Origin: Phoronis australis
Taxonomy: Eukaryota; Animalia; Phoronida
Length of the DNA stretch: 64,000 nt
Direction of reading: 5' to 3'
NCBI GenBank assembly: GCA_002633005.1
Contig: NMRA01000114.1
Location: 120,724-184,723, forward strand
Both the position numbers and the translations under genes were made by a program. The notes beneath the pieces are model-generated. The model was not told where the DNA came from, ran no database searches, and was given only the letters and a program-made list of their open reading frames with translations. How positions within the stretch are numbered: position 1 is the stretch's first letter; the number at the start of each line of letters is the position of its first letter. Positions 13,246 through 26,500 of this stretch are shown here, one piece after another.

Positions 13246-14517
13246 ATGACTGGGAAAAAAGCAACACTTGGGCAGATGTTAGTGAGTGTCGCTGTTGGCC
13301 ACCAGTGTGCAATACTCTACAACTCAGTTACAACAGAGTCGCCTGTCCTGATCCAGAGACTACCTGAATACTGGGACTTGCCTGTGGTCTTAGCTGCGGG
13401 CTTCGCGATTGTGAGCGCACTGGTGTCGGGAATCCTTCTGGTACTGATGAAGGTAACAACTGGTATTGACCTTCTCTACAGACACAAGCCTACGGTGTTG
13501 TTAACTTTGGGGTGTCTCAAGGCCATTCTCATCGTTTTAATGATGACATACTGGGATGGCATATCAACTGTTTACGGTAAAAAGTACAGCATTGCGTTCC
13601 AAGTCATCTGGGTGTTGATGTTAGCGGTAGAAACGATGGACTTAACGTTTGGTTTACTTTTTGTCGGAACGTTTCCTCAAAAGTGTATATATGGGTTCTA
13701 CTTCGGAATGGGTTGTGCCGGCACCGTCTACGGGTTAATAGCGTTTTTGCAAGGTGCAGGCGAATTTTATTGCGTCAATAAAACACAAAATGTGACACTG
13801 TGGACCCTGCACGGGAACGCTACCACCAGGGTACACCATGTGAAATATTTGAATCTTAGCGACAGGCAAACAGTTGTTTTTAAACCGTTATTGTTTTCCG
13901 TGGAGACCAATTTTGGTATCGTAATGGGTATCTCTCTATGTTGCTGGGCTTCACTTCTTGCTTACGTGGTCTTTCTTCGTCTACGACCGGAAATTCCCGA
14001 GGCGGAAACCATACAACTCGTAACCCGGGACGATGCTAAGGCGAACACTGCCGAAAGAGTTTCTGAAGATCTAACAGAGCGCTGCACGTGTGCACGTAGC
14101 TCTAAAGAGCTAAAATGCCGCACGTGTGAAACAATTTCTCAAGAATCAGCAAAACAGCATGATCCGAAAATATCAAATCGAGAAGAGAACCCCACCAACT
14201 GGAAAAAGAACGTCATTTTAGTGACTGTGTTCGCGTGCATTCTAAAGGCATTGACATATGGTGCGTCCCAACCGCTGATGGCGTATGCAACGTTGCCGTA
14301 TGGTACCTTAACGTATAGTCTAGCTCGAAGAATTTCTTCTGGCGTGGAACCTCTTGGAAGTATTGTATGTGCGTTTCTCCCAATTCAGTCAATACTGGCG
14401 TTGACCTTGACATTGTCCGCGTGCGTGATACTGTGTCTATACGTGTGTGCAGTTGGTCTTATGAGTCCTTCTCCTCCTTTTGTTTCCACTTATCCGGAAA
14501 TCGGTAGTGGCTTAGTG
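13246..14517 (+). CDS. SLC52A: SLC52-family (riboflavin transporter-like) membrane protein, coding exon 1
   Basis: Multi-TM ORF with SLC52 landmarks ESPVLIQRLPEYWDLP (cf. ELP..V..LPEGW.LP), FYFGMG....GLIAFLQGAG...C, AYATLPYG..TY.LA and LMSPSPPFV; ATG at 13246; phase-0 donor GTG|GTAAGT at 14517/14518; a candidate upstream acceptor AG at 13228-13229. Confidence 0.9.
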
Positions 14518-16106
14518 GTAAGTACTTTCAGTACCTGTGGTCATTTCATTGTTTTTAAATACAGCTTAAGCTTTTAAATTCAACTATGTGATAATGGAAT
14601 AAAAGCGTAACAAAACGAAATGGAGCCCGTCTGAAGACACTGTGTATACAGAGACTTTGTAAGAATGAACTCGGTGACATACTGATACCTTTTTCTTTTG
14701 TTATTTGTTTTTTCAGTCTCTAGACTAGGAATGTTGTTTGTCCTTTGAACTTTGAATTCGAGTGTGAGAAACTGAGCTATGTGGTGTATGCCGCTTGCTC
14801 AGGCAGGTGTATTAGCTTTTCGCTCTGCTGGACAATGGACCCGTAGGCTTGTAAAATCATTTCTGAAACAATTTTTTACTTGGTGAAATGAATTGGAATG
14901 CCTGTTGTTAATCATGCACCCATCGACAAGTGTTGCTAAGTAACCTGAAATATTTTAGTCAAATTTTCTATATGGAGCAACTGTTGCACTTCCACCTACA
15001 GCACGGCCATGTTGAATTTGCAGGATATGGAGGTACAGACAATATAACACGCTTTGCTTCAAATGTTTTTACAGTAAACTTGGACAGAAAAGGTGAATTT
15101 GTTTGGTTTAGACCCTGTCGTGTTTGATTATGGTTATCACTGTCATAATTCACCGAGTCAATGCAGTGTTGAGAGAATCACCTCGTTGATTCCTGAACCA
15201 TGTCTTATGGCGTCAAAACATAAATAAAATAAAAATATCAGATAGGTGTTTCAGTAATAGAATATAGAAAGATGAAATTTGCTCCTGAACTCCTAAAGAT
15301 AGTAGTCTACATGAAAATTGTACCAGTTTACTTTTCAGGCCAAAATTTTCGAATGTTTTCCAAGTAAAGCATATTCATGATTACTTATCTTGAGGTTAGA
15401 AAAACTTAGAAAAATTCCAATTTTGGCCAACTTCGGAGCATCGTATCTCAGAAAAACTATGCTTTACACTGCACACTGTTCTCCAAAATCCCTTAGGCAT
15501 CGTTTTTTAAATGTTCCACTTTTGCTTGCAAGGCTATCAGACCAGGACTGGTTTACGATTTGATGAACAAAATTTAAGTCACACTACGATAAAGCGAAAA
15601 CGAAACAATGATTAAGATAACTGCAACAGCGTTTTTAAGAATATATCTTCAAACAGTTTCACGAGGATGATGAATACCAATTGACGTAGGGATTTTTTTT
15701 TCCACTAAAAAGTAGTAAATACCTGCAGGCGGTGACTGCTACTAAAAAATTCAGCAGAGGCACTAGAAAAGCTTCGACGCCAATTATCCTCGCTCGTGAC
15801 TCGATGAAGAGAGCACCTTGGCGGCATCCCTTTGATCGTGAGCCGAGCGCTACTCAGCCAAGGTGAATACGGTCTAGTTCAATTTTCCAAACCCCCGTTT
15901 ACCTTGACAAGCGGGGTTAGGACCAATCTTATTTAGTGGGAATGTTTATCGCATGAAGCGTGTTTAATGAATCTGCAATCACAGACTATGAGGTAGAGAA
16001 AAGCACATCATTGGCGGGTCGGGTGCAACTATCATGGATAGTGAGGCCAATGATCTAAAGAAATAAGAAAGTCGATCCACATCAGGAAAGAGGTCACCAA
16101 TGAACG

Positions 16107-16249
16107 CATGGGCGGCGCACCATAGGGGGCTGGGGGGGCTATAGCCCGCACCTTTTTCAGTGCTACGCCTCACATGGTCTATAGGCGATGAAACACTGGG
16201 AGCTGAGAGGGCTTTAGCCCCCCACTTTTTCAGCGTTGCGACGCCCATG
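16107..16249. mobile_element. GC-rich MITE (related copy at about 53430-53576)
   Basis: TIR CATGGGCGGCGCA / TGCGACGCCCATG; flanks GAACG / GAACC. Confidence 0.7.
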
Positions 16250-16657
16250 GAACCGTGACGAGGGCGGATATAAAGTCAGCGCAACGTGTAACATCCTGTG
16301 TATAGCGCCACCTGGTATGCAAAGAGGAAGACATCAGGACGGAGTGACGTCAAAAATTTCTGCAAGCATTTACCACTTTTTGGAGGGAAAAGTGAATTTC
16401 CATGTGTCAACGAGAATATGGTTTGAACATTTATATCGTCATGTTGTTAGTCCTGTTGTTCTGCTATGATTGAACCTTTCTTTTTTGCTAATTTTTCATA
16501 AAACGTTGACACGTGACTTAATCAATGGCTGATGGGTATAAAGTAATATATAAAAAGTGCTGGCCGTCTGGAACACGTTGTACCAGACGTGCGCAAACCG
16601 CGCATGTGGACCCATTGCACTGATCACCTGTAACTATTTTTGTGCTTTATTAATATA

Positions 16658-18105
16658 CTAGCCGTTACCCGTGCTTTCGCACGGGTAGCACTGAGCTAGT
16701 GGGAAACGCCGAGGGGAAATAGATACACCTGAGAGTGAACCGATCGAGTGTTCATCGCAAGAGACAGGAATGAAGAGACCGTGTTCAAAGCTTCAAGCAG
16801 AATTTCTGTCACCTGTCAGATTTTAGTAGGCAATTAAGGAGTGCAGCTGTGGGATTCTTCCCCTAGGCAGTACAAATTTCTTTCCAGAGCACTTGACCCT
16901 GCCGTAACTCAAAGCACGGTAATCAGATTTATTCTTCAGTTTAAAGTGAAAACTAAGAATGCATTTAAAATATTGTATAGTACGCAAAGTATATAGATGT
17001 CAGTGGCGGATTTAGAGGGGGCCAAGGGAGCCATGTCCCCCCCCCATAAAATTCTCCCAGTTCCATTTGGCAGTTCGGTGGTGCGAATGTCTGAAGGGCA
17101 AAATTCTGGCTAATACTCTATTAGTGCCGTCCCCCCAACTCAAAATCCTGGATCCGCCCCTGGATGTATTTACAAAAGTTGCATCATCAATGTACATAGC
17201 CTACTGAGGTAGAAAGCCAGCTAGCTGTATGAAAACTGTCGTCGACATACAGCTAGGTAGCCGTGTGGATAGCTCCGTTAGACACCGAAATTTCACACAA
17301 CCCCGGTACTCAGCTCAGTTGTGAAACTTAGAGCTAACAAGCTGTAAGGGTGCATGCAGAATCTGGGAATGAAACGACATTCACAGTGCCCGTTATAGCC
17401 GTTTATAGAAGTAAACGAAATCTAATAAACGTTATTTTTCGTAATTCTCCGCATTTTGTAACAAAGGAAAATCCTGCCGTCGTTATGAAAACAGTGCAAT
17501 CTCGTGACACGCGCACGTACGCGCCATTTCCCAAAACTGCGATATCTCTCGAGAGTATTTTCTGAAATTGTTTTTTTTTTTGGTATTCAAATAGTAAAAA
17601 CTTGTAACGAAATGACATCACTTCCGATTGTTATGACATATACGCAACCTACACAGTTGATTGAAGAACATGGAAATTGGTCCGATAGGTGACGCACTGG
17701 CGCCCAAAGAGCGCATCGCAATTTTAGCAGCAGAATAACTGAAGAATGCCAATTTTCCAACACCCTGATAAATAATTTAGTTTACTCAAGGAAGAGTAAA
17801 ATTTTTTTAATGATGCATCATTAATTTTGGCGGCGACATGCTCGATGAATTATTTTCGCGACAGAAGCCGGGGGGGAGTGAAATTAAGCTGACGAAGTGA
17901 CGTCACCCAAGCCAGTACGAAACTGGCCACCTTCCCTCCGCGTCCGCGAAAAAACGACCCGCGAGAAAAAATAGAACACCTCGAATCCAAGTAGGGGGCT
18001 GGTGCAATACCTGGGACCAAGGCGGTGCCGAAACGGGCGCAACAAAGGTCTGCAGTGAAGGGGGGGAGACGGAGTTTGTGCAAACGATGCATTTTGTATA
18101 ATAGA
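16658..18105 (-). mobile_element. Non-autonomous Helitron
   Basis: On the minus strand: 5' TC(TATTATAC), 3' hairpin ACCCGTGC-GAAA-GCACGGGT (16667-16686) then CTAG, inserted between A and T with no TSD; empty site visible at about 32130. Confidence 0.88.
17001..17162. mobile_element. GC-rich MITE nested in the Helitron
   Basis: TIR CAGTGGCGGATT / GATCCGCCCCTG, 5-bp TSD GATGT; relatives at about 1110, 43233, 44823 and 48680. Confidence 0.8.
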
Positions 18106-18395
18106 TAGTTAAAACCGAGCTGAGGAGCTAGAAACCTGACTCAAGGGTCTAGTAGGACTCGAACTCACGACCTCGAGTAAAGACTGAAGGCGGGCGCCTA
18201 TCACAATAGGCCACCTTGCCTCCTCTTCCGATGGGTATAAAGCCACAAACAAAACTTTACGGACTTTCTATTTTCGGAAAATTTGTACTTTTGATGAGTG
18301 AAATTACATAGTTTTGTAGACATTTGGCTAAATGTACAGACATGACAATAAGGTCATACATAACATTAAGCATTGCATTTCCTCAGTGTTGAACC

Positions 18396-18657
18396 GCCAA
18401 AACTTGGGAAATGAATTGATTAACTCATAAGGCCCGTTTTCTAATATCATTGAATCAAAAACCTTTTCAGAGTTTACTGACGTTGGCTTGCCCCGAGAGC
18501 TTGAATTCAGCTATGGCGAGCCTGCCAAAACTTGGGAAATGAATTGATTACCTTGAACTCATGAGGCCCGTCTTCTAATATCATTGAATCAAAAAGCTTT
18601 TCAGAGTTTATTGACGTTGGCTTGCCCCGAGAGCTTGAATTCAGCTATGGCGAACCT
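18396..18657 (+). repeat. Tandem direct duplication, unit about 130 bp, two copies
   Basis: GCCAAAACTTGGGAAATGAATTGATT...CAGCTATGGCGA starts at 18396 and again at 18524. Confidence 0.9.
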
Positions 18658-19094
18658 ACATAATAGGATTTGAGAACACTCGCTTTTCACTCTCGTGGTT
18701 TTGCGAGGTCTTGCAAGAAGATGTTTTTACATAATCAACTAGGTCTACGAAACGTTCTCCAGGATCTGTTTCATAAAATCACAAAAATGTGCTACGATCC
18801 CACAGCACACTTGTTAAAAAGATTTGGTCAAGTTAGTGTGAGTGCATGACAGAATATAAATAATTTACAGCAATTATGTCAGTAACTAGCAGTCACGTGT
18901 ATATTCTGGGAGAGTGTGCTTTTGTTCAATTTGAGATTTCATTATTTTTCAGAAATAGTTGTGTGAAGTGCAAAACCAAATTTCAGTCATGTGGTTTGCG
19001 TCATTTTTCGTGAAACTGGTCCCTGGGCTACATTAAGTACATGTACTGAGATCACGTTTAGTGCCAGAAAGGCAATGTCACTCAAGTTTGCATT

Positions 19095-19146
19095 TAGACA
19101 GTGACCACCAGAGCCAGAGCCAGCTAGAGACGGTGGTCACTGTCTA
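19095..19146. mobile_element. 52-bp micro-MITE with 9-bp TSD
   Basis: Perfect 15-bp TIR TAGACAGTGACCACC / GGTGGTCACTGTCTA flanked by GTTTGCATT on both sides. Confidence 0.8.
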
Positions 19147-19343
19147 GTTTGCATTGCAACTGAAGCAATGGGTGACAGCCACATGTAGCTTTAGTGGCGT
19201 CTTTGCTGGCGTCTAAAGTTTACGGAACACGCTCTTGGAGCATTAATTAAGTCTTGGTCAGGAGGTAGTTTGTTTAGACTTATCATTCATAACGGGAAGT
19301 ATTGAGCTCTATCACCTTACTGTTATTTATGATTCTTTTTCAG

Positions 19344-19541
19344 ATATCTTCGTACATTTTGTTTTCGGTGGTCAAGTGCTACTTGCGAGCTGCCTTGGCA
19401 ACGGTAGCTGCTGGACTAGGACAAAAAGCGCTGGTGTATTACAGCTTGGTGCCGGAGTTCTCTGTTGCTCTGTTGGTGTTGCCCTCATTTATATGCGTCG
19501 ACGTGCTGAAACTGTTGACTGATATCCCTCAATGTGTCTAA
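19344..19541 (+). CDS. SLC52A: SLC52-family protein, terminal coding exon
   Basis: Acceptor TTCTTTTTCAG| at 19343, phase 0 matches the upstream donor; ISSYILFSVVKCYLRAALATVAAGLGQKALVYY...LTDIPQCV* parallels the last two TMs and terminal Cys of SLC52 proteins. Confidence 0.85.
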   Translation: MSSYILFSVVKCYLRAALATVAAGLGQKALVYYSLVPEFSVALLVLPSFICVDVLKLLTDIPQCV

Positions 19542-20411
19542 CGTAAATTACAAATAACGTTGAGATGAGCAAACCATAAATGTGTGAACAGAATAAGATA
19601 GTTTTTTATTTTTATTTCTTCAATTCAGATAAGCATGAACAAGGGTGTGGGAGTCGACGTCGATATTAAGACAGACCTGACGTAGCATAGATGTCGCTAG
19701 CCGAGGTTGATTGTTGGGTGCATATGTTGTTGTTGTTTAGACGCTGATATTTCGTAGTGGTCTCCCGTCCACGAAATGTAGGAAATCGACGTCTGATAAC
19801 TGCCATTTTTAATGAATTTGCTACCACATCTCAACCGACGTGGTGACGTTATTTCAACGTGGAAACGATTCTGTAATGTCTGTCGGACTATGGATTCAGA
19901 CCAATGAAAGGGTGGGCTTATGACAGTTTTAAAGGAGACCTGTTCTTTCTCTTAGCCAGTGTATAAACCGGGAAAACCAGTGTCGTCGTCCGCTCTTGAT
20001 ATCAGGAAAGTTGGTCTAAAGGCCCTTTCATACTAGCGTCGACTCGGCGATGGTTTGGGGAGTTGCGGTCAGTATGAACGGTTAATTTCGGTCCTGGATG
20101 GAGTTAACAGCGCCACTTCACTTCCCAGTAAACAGGTGGATTTAACAGCAGATGGCAGTGTCGTCCCTAATATTTGCTTATACTTTCCTCAAATAATCAC
20201 CAATCGATTTAGAAATAAGTTTTATGTCAATTAGCACACGTAAATGGTCTCAAATTGCCACATTACAAAAATCTTAGCGCGCACGGGATGCATCAACGCT
20301 ACCTTGCGATTACTTCGATGACGACAGTGTCACCTACCCTTTACTTCGATGCTGTTAACGACCGAAGCTGGTATGAACGATTCGCAGTTTACATCAATGC
20401 TTACCTCTTAC

Positions 20412-23400
20412 TAGTCGGTGGGCCAGATTTTGTAGGGCCTCTAGAAAATGGTTTTTGTGAGTACTTTAGGGGGGCAATTTTATTTTGGTGTTATTTAATT
20501 CATTTATTAGAGTGTTTTCAAAATCTAAAAAGTTCCCACATATAAAGTTGCACATTTTTAAGAAATTTGAGTTTGAAGTTACATAATAATCACCAAAGAG
20601 CTTAGTAAACTTATATTTGTAAAAACAACAGTTTTGGTGACTTTTTTGTAAAACAAGTAATATGGTCCCATCAGTGCCATTGTATTGAACAATATTACAC
20701 TCACATTACACGTTTTACTATTGTAAATTAATTGTAAACAGTGAAATTTAAAAAACGTAAAGAGACACCTAGTGGCAAAAATACAAACTAAGTCTGAATG
20801 TTTCTAGGAAGTTATTCTGGCATTGTCAGGCAACAAAAATAACACAAAACACTTGGGACTGGGCAAAATTTGTGCCTCAATGACTAAAACATTGACTAAT
20901 GGTGTAAAATACAGCTTGTTTGCATAATACACCAGAAATACGTTATAGTACAAAAACAATATACAGGTAGTTGAATGATCTCTGTGAATGTGCACAAAGA
21001 CTGTATGAAAATAATAGATTATTCTGACAGCGTTTATCAAGCAGTATGAGACAAATACATGACAATGATCAAAGTATGTACTTTCTATGACTTAATCAAC
21101 AAATAAAATTAACTTTTTAATACAAAAAAGGAAATAACGGGGTTGGAGGTCTATTTAGGGTTGGCTTGTCAAAGAACTATCCAATGTTATGCAGTCAGTG
21201 TTGCTGATGTTACTACAGTTGTCACAGCTGCACATTTCTGTACAGTTTGACCCAGCATTGCAGCACAAACTCAGTTTCCCAGCACACATGTTCTTTTTGC
21301 ACTTGCAGCGTTCATCGTTTAGTACTGTCAATGGAGATGCGGTCATTGCCATACATATTAACTGCAAAGCTCCACTGCCAAGGAGCCAACTATGGTCGAT
21401 TAGAGAGGGTACAGCACTGCACACTGGTGATTAGCCCGCAGGCAATGAAGGGTCAAACACTAAGTCCTTGTTTGGAGGCGGGCACTATTTGGGCAAACGT
21501 TTGATTCAAAATATGTTATAATGGGCTGTGTTAATTAGAGTCAGCAAGTGAATTATTGAACACTAGCCTCAATTCACTTTCGTATCTCTTAGTCGGGCAC
21601 AAACTACAACAGTGAGTAGCTTCAACAATATTTCTTAAGATTGCCTGTCCAAATAACTTCATGCACACCAGCTTTCTGAAGAACAGCTTCAAAGTCTTGC
21701 TTTAGTTTTGAAAGGCAAATGACATCTCCTTGTGTTAGAAGCTTCGATTCAATGAACTCCAAACAAAACTGTAGAAAAACATCTCTGAAAACTGTGAATT
21801 CGTCACTCTTCACAATCGTTGTCTTTCTATTTTTTATAGCATGATGATCTGTGGTACTTGGCTTCTAAGACACAAGGTCTTTATCTTTGAATTTCATTTG
21901 CATATTCAGGGCTCTGGACTGAGCTGTTGCTTGCGATACAAGTCCAACGAAAAAAACCCAAACTGTTAACACTAACTTAACATTCAACTATGAGTGAGTT
22001 GGCATGCAACTTTTTCAGACGGACTTATCAGGCACTGATCCACCACCAGCCTAACAAATTTACATGCCGTCTGATCTGTAGCCTAATAATGTTGATCGTC
22101 TAATAATTAGATCAGTTGATGCAACTGAAAATAAATCAGCTGATATACCAGTGCAGTGATTGAAATTTAATTTTTTTAAATCAGATGCTCAAACCATAGT
22201 CAATCAATTTACACTTAAGGTAATCGACGTTTGACAAAATGAACAGTGGCTTCCATCGTCCTCAAATTTTGACGGCGACGATGGCCACTTAGGCACTTTA
22301 ATTTAATTATCATTGCACCTACCTAAGTAATTAATGTTTACAAAAAATTGAGACTACGGCAGGGGATGACGGCCACTTGGGCATGTTGTTTGCAACCATC
22401 TACTCCATTTAACCTTCTCAAAAATGTTTGACTTGAAGTGCTTTAAAATCACACCCACAGTATATAACGCCATAGGATTATTCCTTAGCGCAAGCAGTGT
22501 AGATGTGGCAACTGAATGAAGTGTTCGAAAAACAGGATTGCAGGAGTATTTGTTTAAACTGGGAACAAATGAAAACATTAGCGACCTCCTCAGAGGCATC
22601 TCTCTACGCGGTACTTCTAAACTTATAGGAACATAATTTGCCGAAAAGTATCCGGCATATGGAGTACCTATGGTATGATCATCGACTCTACTTGGTCAGC
22701 AGTATTGTCTAAGGCCTAGGCAGCCAAGGGGCTGAACAAGTTAAAAAACAACTGGTGATAATACTGAAACACACATGGAAAACACCAATATGTATTTTTC
22801 AAAAACACGTACCTGTTTTTGAAAGCTATACTTCTTTCTCTTTCTTGAAATGTGGCCCATAATGTACTTTTCCTGCTAACAAATGATGCACTCATGTTTC
22901 AGAATGTTCCTATCTTGTTCAGGTTAATTGGGTGTTTCAGATTTTGGAAATATAATTGATTTTCTTGAGAAATCTTGGATAACATCTGTATCACTTTCAG
23001 CAACTTCAGCTTTAGTACTACTGTTGGTGCCTTGAAACGTTGCTATGCCGTTCTATGTCCTTTCAATTTTCTGGTCTAACACTTGGTCTTCTAGTCTACA
23101 GCACTCAGCAGTATACTGTGTAGGCTACACCAGGACATGCAGCTGTTTTCTGCACAAACGTTTGTGACACCTCTTCTTCTTTTTGATCTACTGATCTACA
23201 GAGTTCCACAGTCAATCAGCTTTCGTCAGGAAGCTTTCCTAAGCTTCTTTAGGCTCTGACATCACAATTTTGTGCTGTTTGATAAACCTTGAATTATACA
23301 GGCATCACACTCCATGGGAGCAGCCATATTGAAGTAACTAAGCACAACAATACAATCTGGCTCTCTGATTGGTCAATTCAATAGAAAAGCGCCATCAAGT

Positions 23401-23585
23401 GGCAGGAATGTGCATCAAATTTTGTGCAACAAAAACACCTTTTTTTAAAAAAATGTGCAAGTGTAGACGTGGGAACTTTTTGGAATTTGGTTTATAGGTA
23501 TATTATCTAGCCACATAGAAAAAACTAGGTTGCCCCCCGAAAGTACTCACAAGGATGAACGCTATGAGATCTGGCCCACCGACTA
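20412..23585 (-). mobile_element. Internally deleted Academ-like DNA transposon
   Basis: Perfect 17-bp TIR TAGTCGGTGGGCCAGAT plus subterminal inverted GTGAGTACTTT(A/C)GGGGGGCAA; minus-strand fragments include a Cys-rich tail RCKCKKNMC...CCNAGSNCTEMCSCDNCSN (21155-21424). No TSD evident. Confidence 0.75.
21843..22590. repeat. Dispersed repeat nested in the Academ element; inverted copy at about 35495-36232
   Basis: For example TTTAAAATCACACCCACAGTATA (22442) vs TATACTGTGGGTGTGATTTTAA (35604), with co-linear similarity over about 740 bp. Confidence 0.8.
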
Positions 23586-26500
23586 ATTAAAACATAGTTG
23601 TCGTATTCAACTTCCATCAAGTGCGCAGCCATTTTACAGGCTAATGTGGCACTGAACAGTTAGGCTGCGGCTGCGGCAATTTGCAGTCCCAAAATATTAA
23701 AATCTAGGGGTAGCTAGGTTTAAAATCATTTTAGTTAGATATTGCATGTAGGTCAAGTGTGTTTGAGAACATGTTGAGAATGAAAAAAGACTGTTTACTC
23801 GGCTGTAGTTGCACTCTTCTTCAAGATGGCGTCCCCTCGTTAGTTTTCATAATTTATGCAAATTAAGACCGCCATCATTCAAAAACCTACTTGTGCTCAT
23901 AGCTAGGATAAAAGCACCAAAGGTAAACTATATTGATGTTTTCTCCTATGTTTCTATGGTCAATTACTTTAATGAAGTCATTGTGTGCAAGATGTTGCAT
24001 AATAAATTTGCATAATTTATGCAATTAACGCCCACCATAAAAAATCTGTTTCTATTTGTGGCTGCCATACGGGGCATTCATGTAAATCACTTTGACATTT
24101 GCACCCATGTTTTTGTGGTGAATGAACTTATGGAAATCAGTTTGCTGGCCATTACATCATAAATTTGTATAACTTATAACTGTAGCTCGTGATGTTAATT
24201 GCACTAACGTGAACTTTCGCATGATTGAAAGAGTGCATAGGAATAGAGAAATGACCACCTACGGTGGCCTAAAGATGACATCGCGCGTTTTTTTTTTGTT
24301 TTTTTTTTAATTATCTCAGGATCTCGAGATCCCTACTTAATTCTCTCGTGATCTCCATTCTATCAATATACTCTGTTTTGAGATGCATACCGCTCACAAC
24401 TAAAAAATTATCGTTTTCGCAACGAATAGTGGATAAAATTGAATGAATGGCAAGGGGCGTCGATAGGGGGTCTGCTATTTTGTCCCACACGGTCAATAGA
24501 GCTATCACGACGCATCAGTGCAACAAAACATTAATGAAAACGCTTATTTTTAGAACTTCCATATGTCAACTGTCCAGATAACGTGATCTGAGGGAAAGAC
24601 GGAACTTAGATTAATCAAAATACAACAGACTTACGTTTCTGATGTTAATGGAATGATTTGAAAGAAGCTCATTCCGCTTAAGATTTCAATATTACTAGTT
24701 TTGCTGGCTAGAAAACAAAATTAGAATTAGGCCTCTTACGGTTATACAATTGGTCTCACATGATAGGCCTTGTTTTCTGTTTAAGAATATTTTAATCTGT
24801 ATAGCATTGAAGCTGTTAGAGATGTGTTCAACAAAGGGCTGACACAAAAAGAATGTAGACATGCTCATTCCTTCTGCTATCGATCCAGATGCTGTGGCAA
24901 TGCGAGGAGCCAGAAGGCTGATTACGGTAAAGTCGCGTGATTTTCGGACACTGAAAATTAATTCCAAGAGAAAAAATCATTCTTGGACGAATCTCGCGAA
25001 ATATCATTTTGTGGTGTCCGAATTTGGCGGACCTCCAAATTTGGGTNTTCGTCACCGGCCCTAACCCTACCATGTTTATCTACCTTTTGATCGGCATACT
25101 TCCTTCCGAAAAACACTTAAAAAATATGTATACTTTACCGACGCACGAAAAAAATTCAATAAAAAAATTTAAAAAACCAACATATAATACAACTAATAGA
25201 CAAACTAAACCGTACACTAAAACATTGCTACAAATTAAATAAATAATAATTGAAAAATAAACTAATGAAATAAAAATAATAACAACAAAATGTGTTAAAC
25301 ATTTAAAACACTCGTGTAAATTGCTATCACATAATACTTTACATTTCGTTCTCTCGGCATAATTTAAACCTATTCCAACCGCGCTTAATTTACGGTAATG
25401 CGTCAACTTTTCTTTTCGTCTAGCATCGTGGTCGGGTATTTCCCACCAGGACGATTTTCGAATAGTCGGCTACTGTAGTGCCAGATAGGCGGACGTTATG
25501 ATCGATGAGATCACGTCTCACATGCCTGCTAAGTTGTCCACTGCCCAGGCGCGTATAGCTTAGTCATACGAAATCTGCGCTCGAGTGCCTCCAGAGCGAG
25601 GGCATGACCGGCTTAAGCTGTTTCCTTTAATTTTACGATTTTCATACACGTATATACTAGTCCATTTCGGTGTAATTAGGTCTAAGCCAATCACTCTAAC
25701 AGTTGTCCTTATCCGCTGAAGTAGGGTCGTTTTCATCTGCAACCCAGGATCCACTACACCCGGGCTATTAGTAGGCCTAAACAGTATCCATGTCACTGCG
25801 CCAAGTTTTTGAAAACGCGTCACTCACACTAGCAGGTTACATCTGCCCGTTTAGGCGTATAAATCATATCAGATTACCAGTAATGTCTGACATATTTTAA
25901 CACAAAATTTTTAATTTACGATTTCAAAATCTTGTAACCTTTCATTTTGTTAACCTATATTGCACGCAAATGTGCCTAACCTACTTCCTAAAATTTTGCC
26001 ACCAAAGCACACTGGGATCAGACTAGCCCAAATTCAGTTGCAGCGCTCATTGACCCAGATTTCATGGTAATGGACCAGCCTGTGGTTTCACTCTTATGTA
26101 ATTACATAATAACTTGTTGCATAGTGCTGATGACCTCGTGCCAGCAATGGAACTTTCTGGACTAAATTTTCATGATACCAGAACCCTAGGCTTAATTGCA
26201 TTTACTAAGTAGTTGTGACCATCTTTTCCTGACATCGACAGCACAAATGTTATTTGTCCTTTTGCTTAGCTCTAGGATATTCGTTGAACTCAATGATAGG
26301 GTGCTAGGCCTTTACTGCCAATCATATTTTGTAGACCAAGTTGCTTCCTGATTTGTGTACTTGATGTTGTCTATTTTATACAACTCGGGGTATCATTATT
26401 CCTGAGAGCCTGTTGCTCTCTCCTCTCTCGTATAGTTGTGTTCTGCAGGATTTTTATAGATATTTTATTTTTCTTAGACATATACATGTAGTAGACATGC

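Larger units (their letters stand above)
16560..18222 (-). mobile_element. tRNA-derived SINE split by a Helitron (pieces about 16560-16657 and 18106-18222)
   Basis: Minus-strand head has A-box-like TGGCCTATTGTG and B-box GAGTTCGAGTC; the two pieces are contiguous in the uninterrupted copy at about 32095-32225 (opposite strand). Confidence 0.7.

Noticed and set aside
14518-14577. C-terminal tail of the 445-aa ORF (VSTFSTCGHFIVFKYSLSF)
   Set aside because: It starts at a consensus GTAAGT donor; the true SLC52 C-terminus is in exon 19344-19541.
25950-26400. Possible tyrosine-recombinase fragment belonging to the Ngaro remnant
   Set aside because: I could not read the catalytic R-H-R-H/W-Y motifs in any frame.
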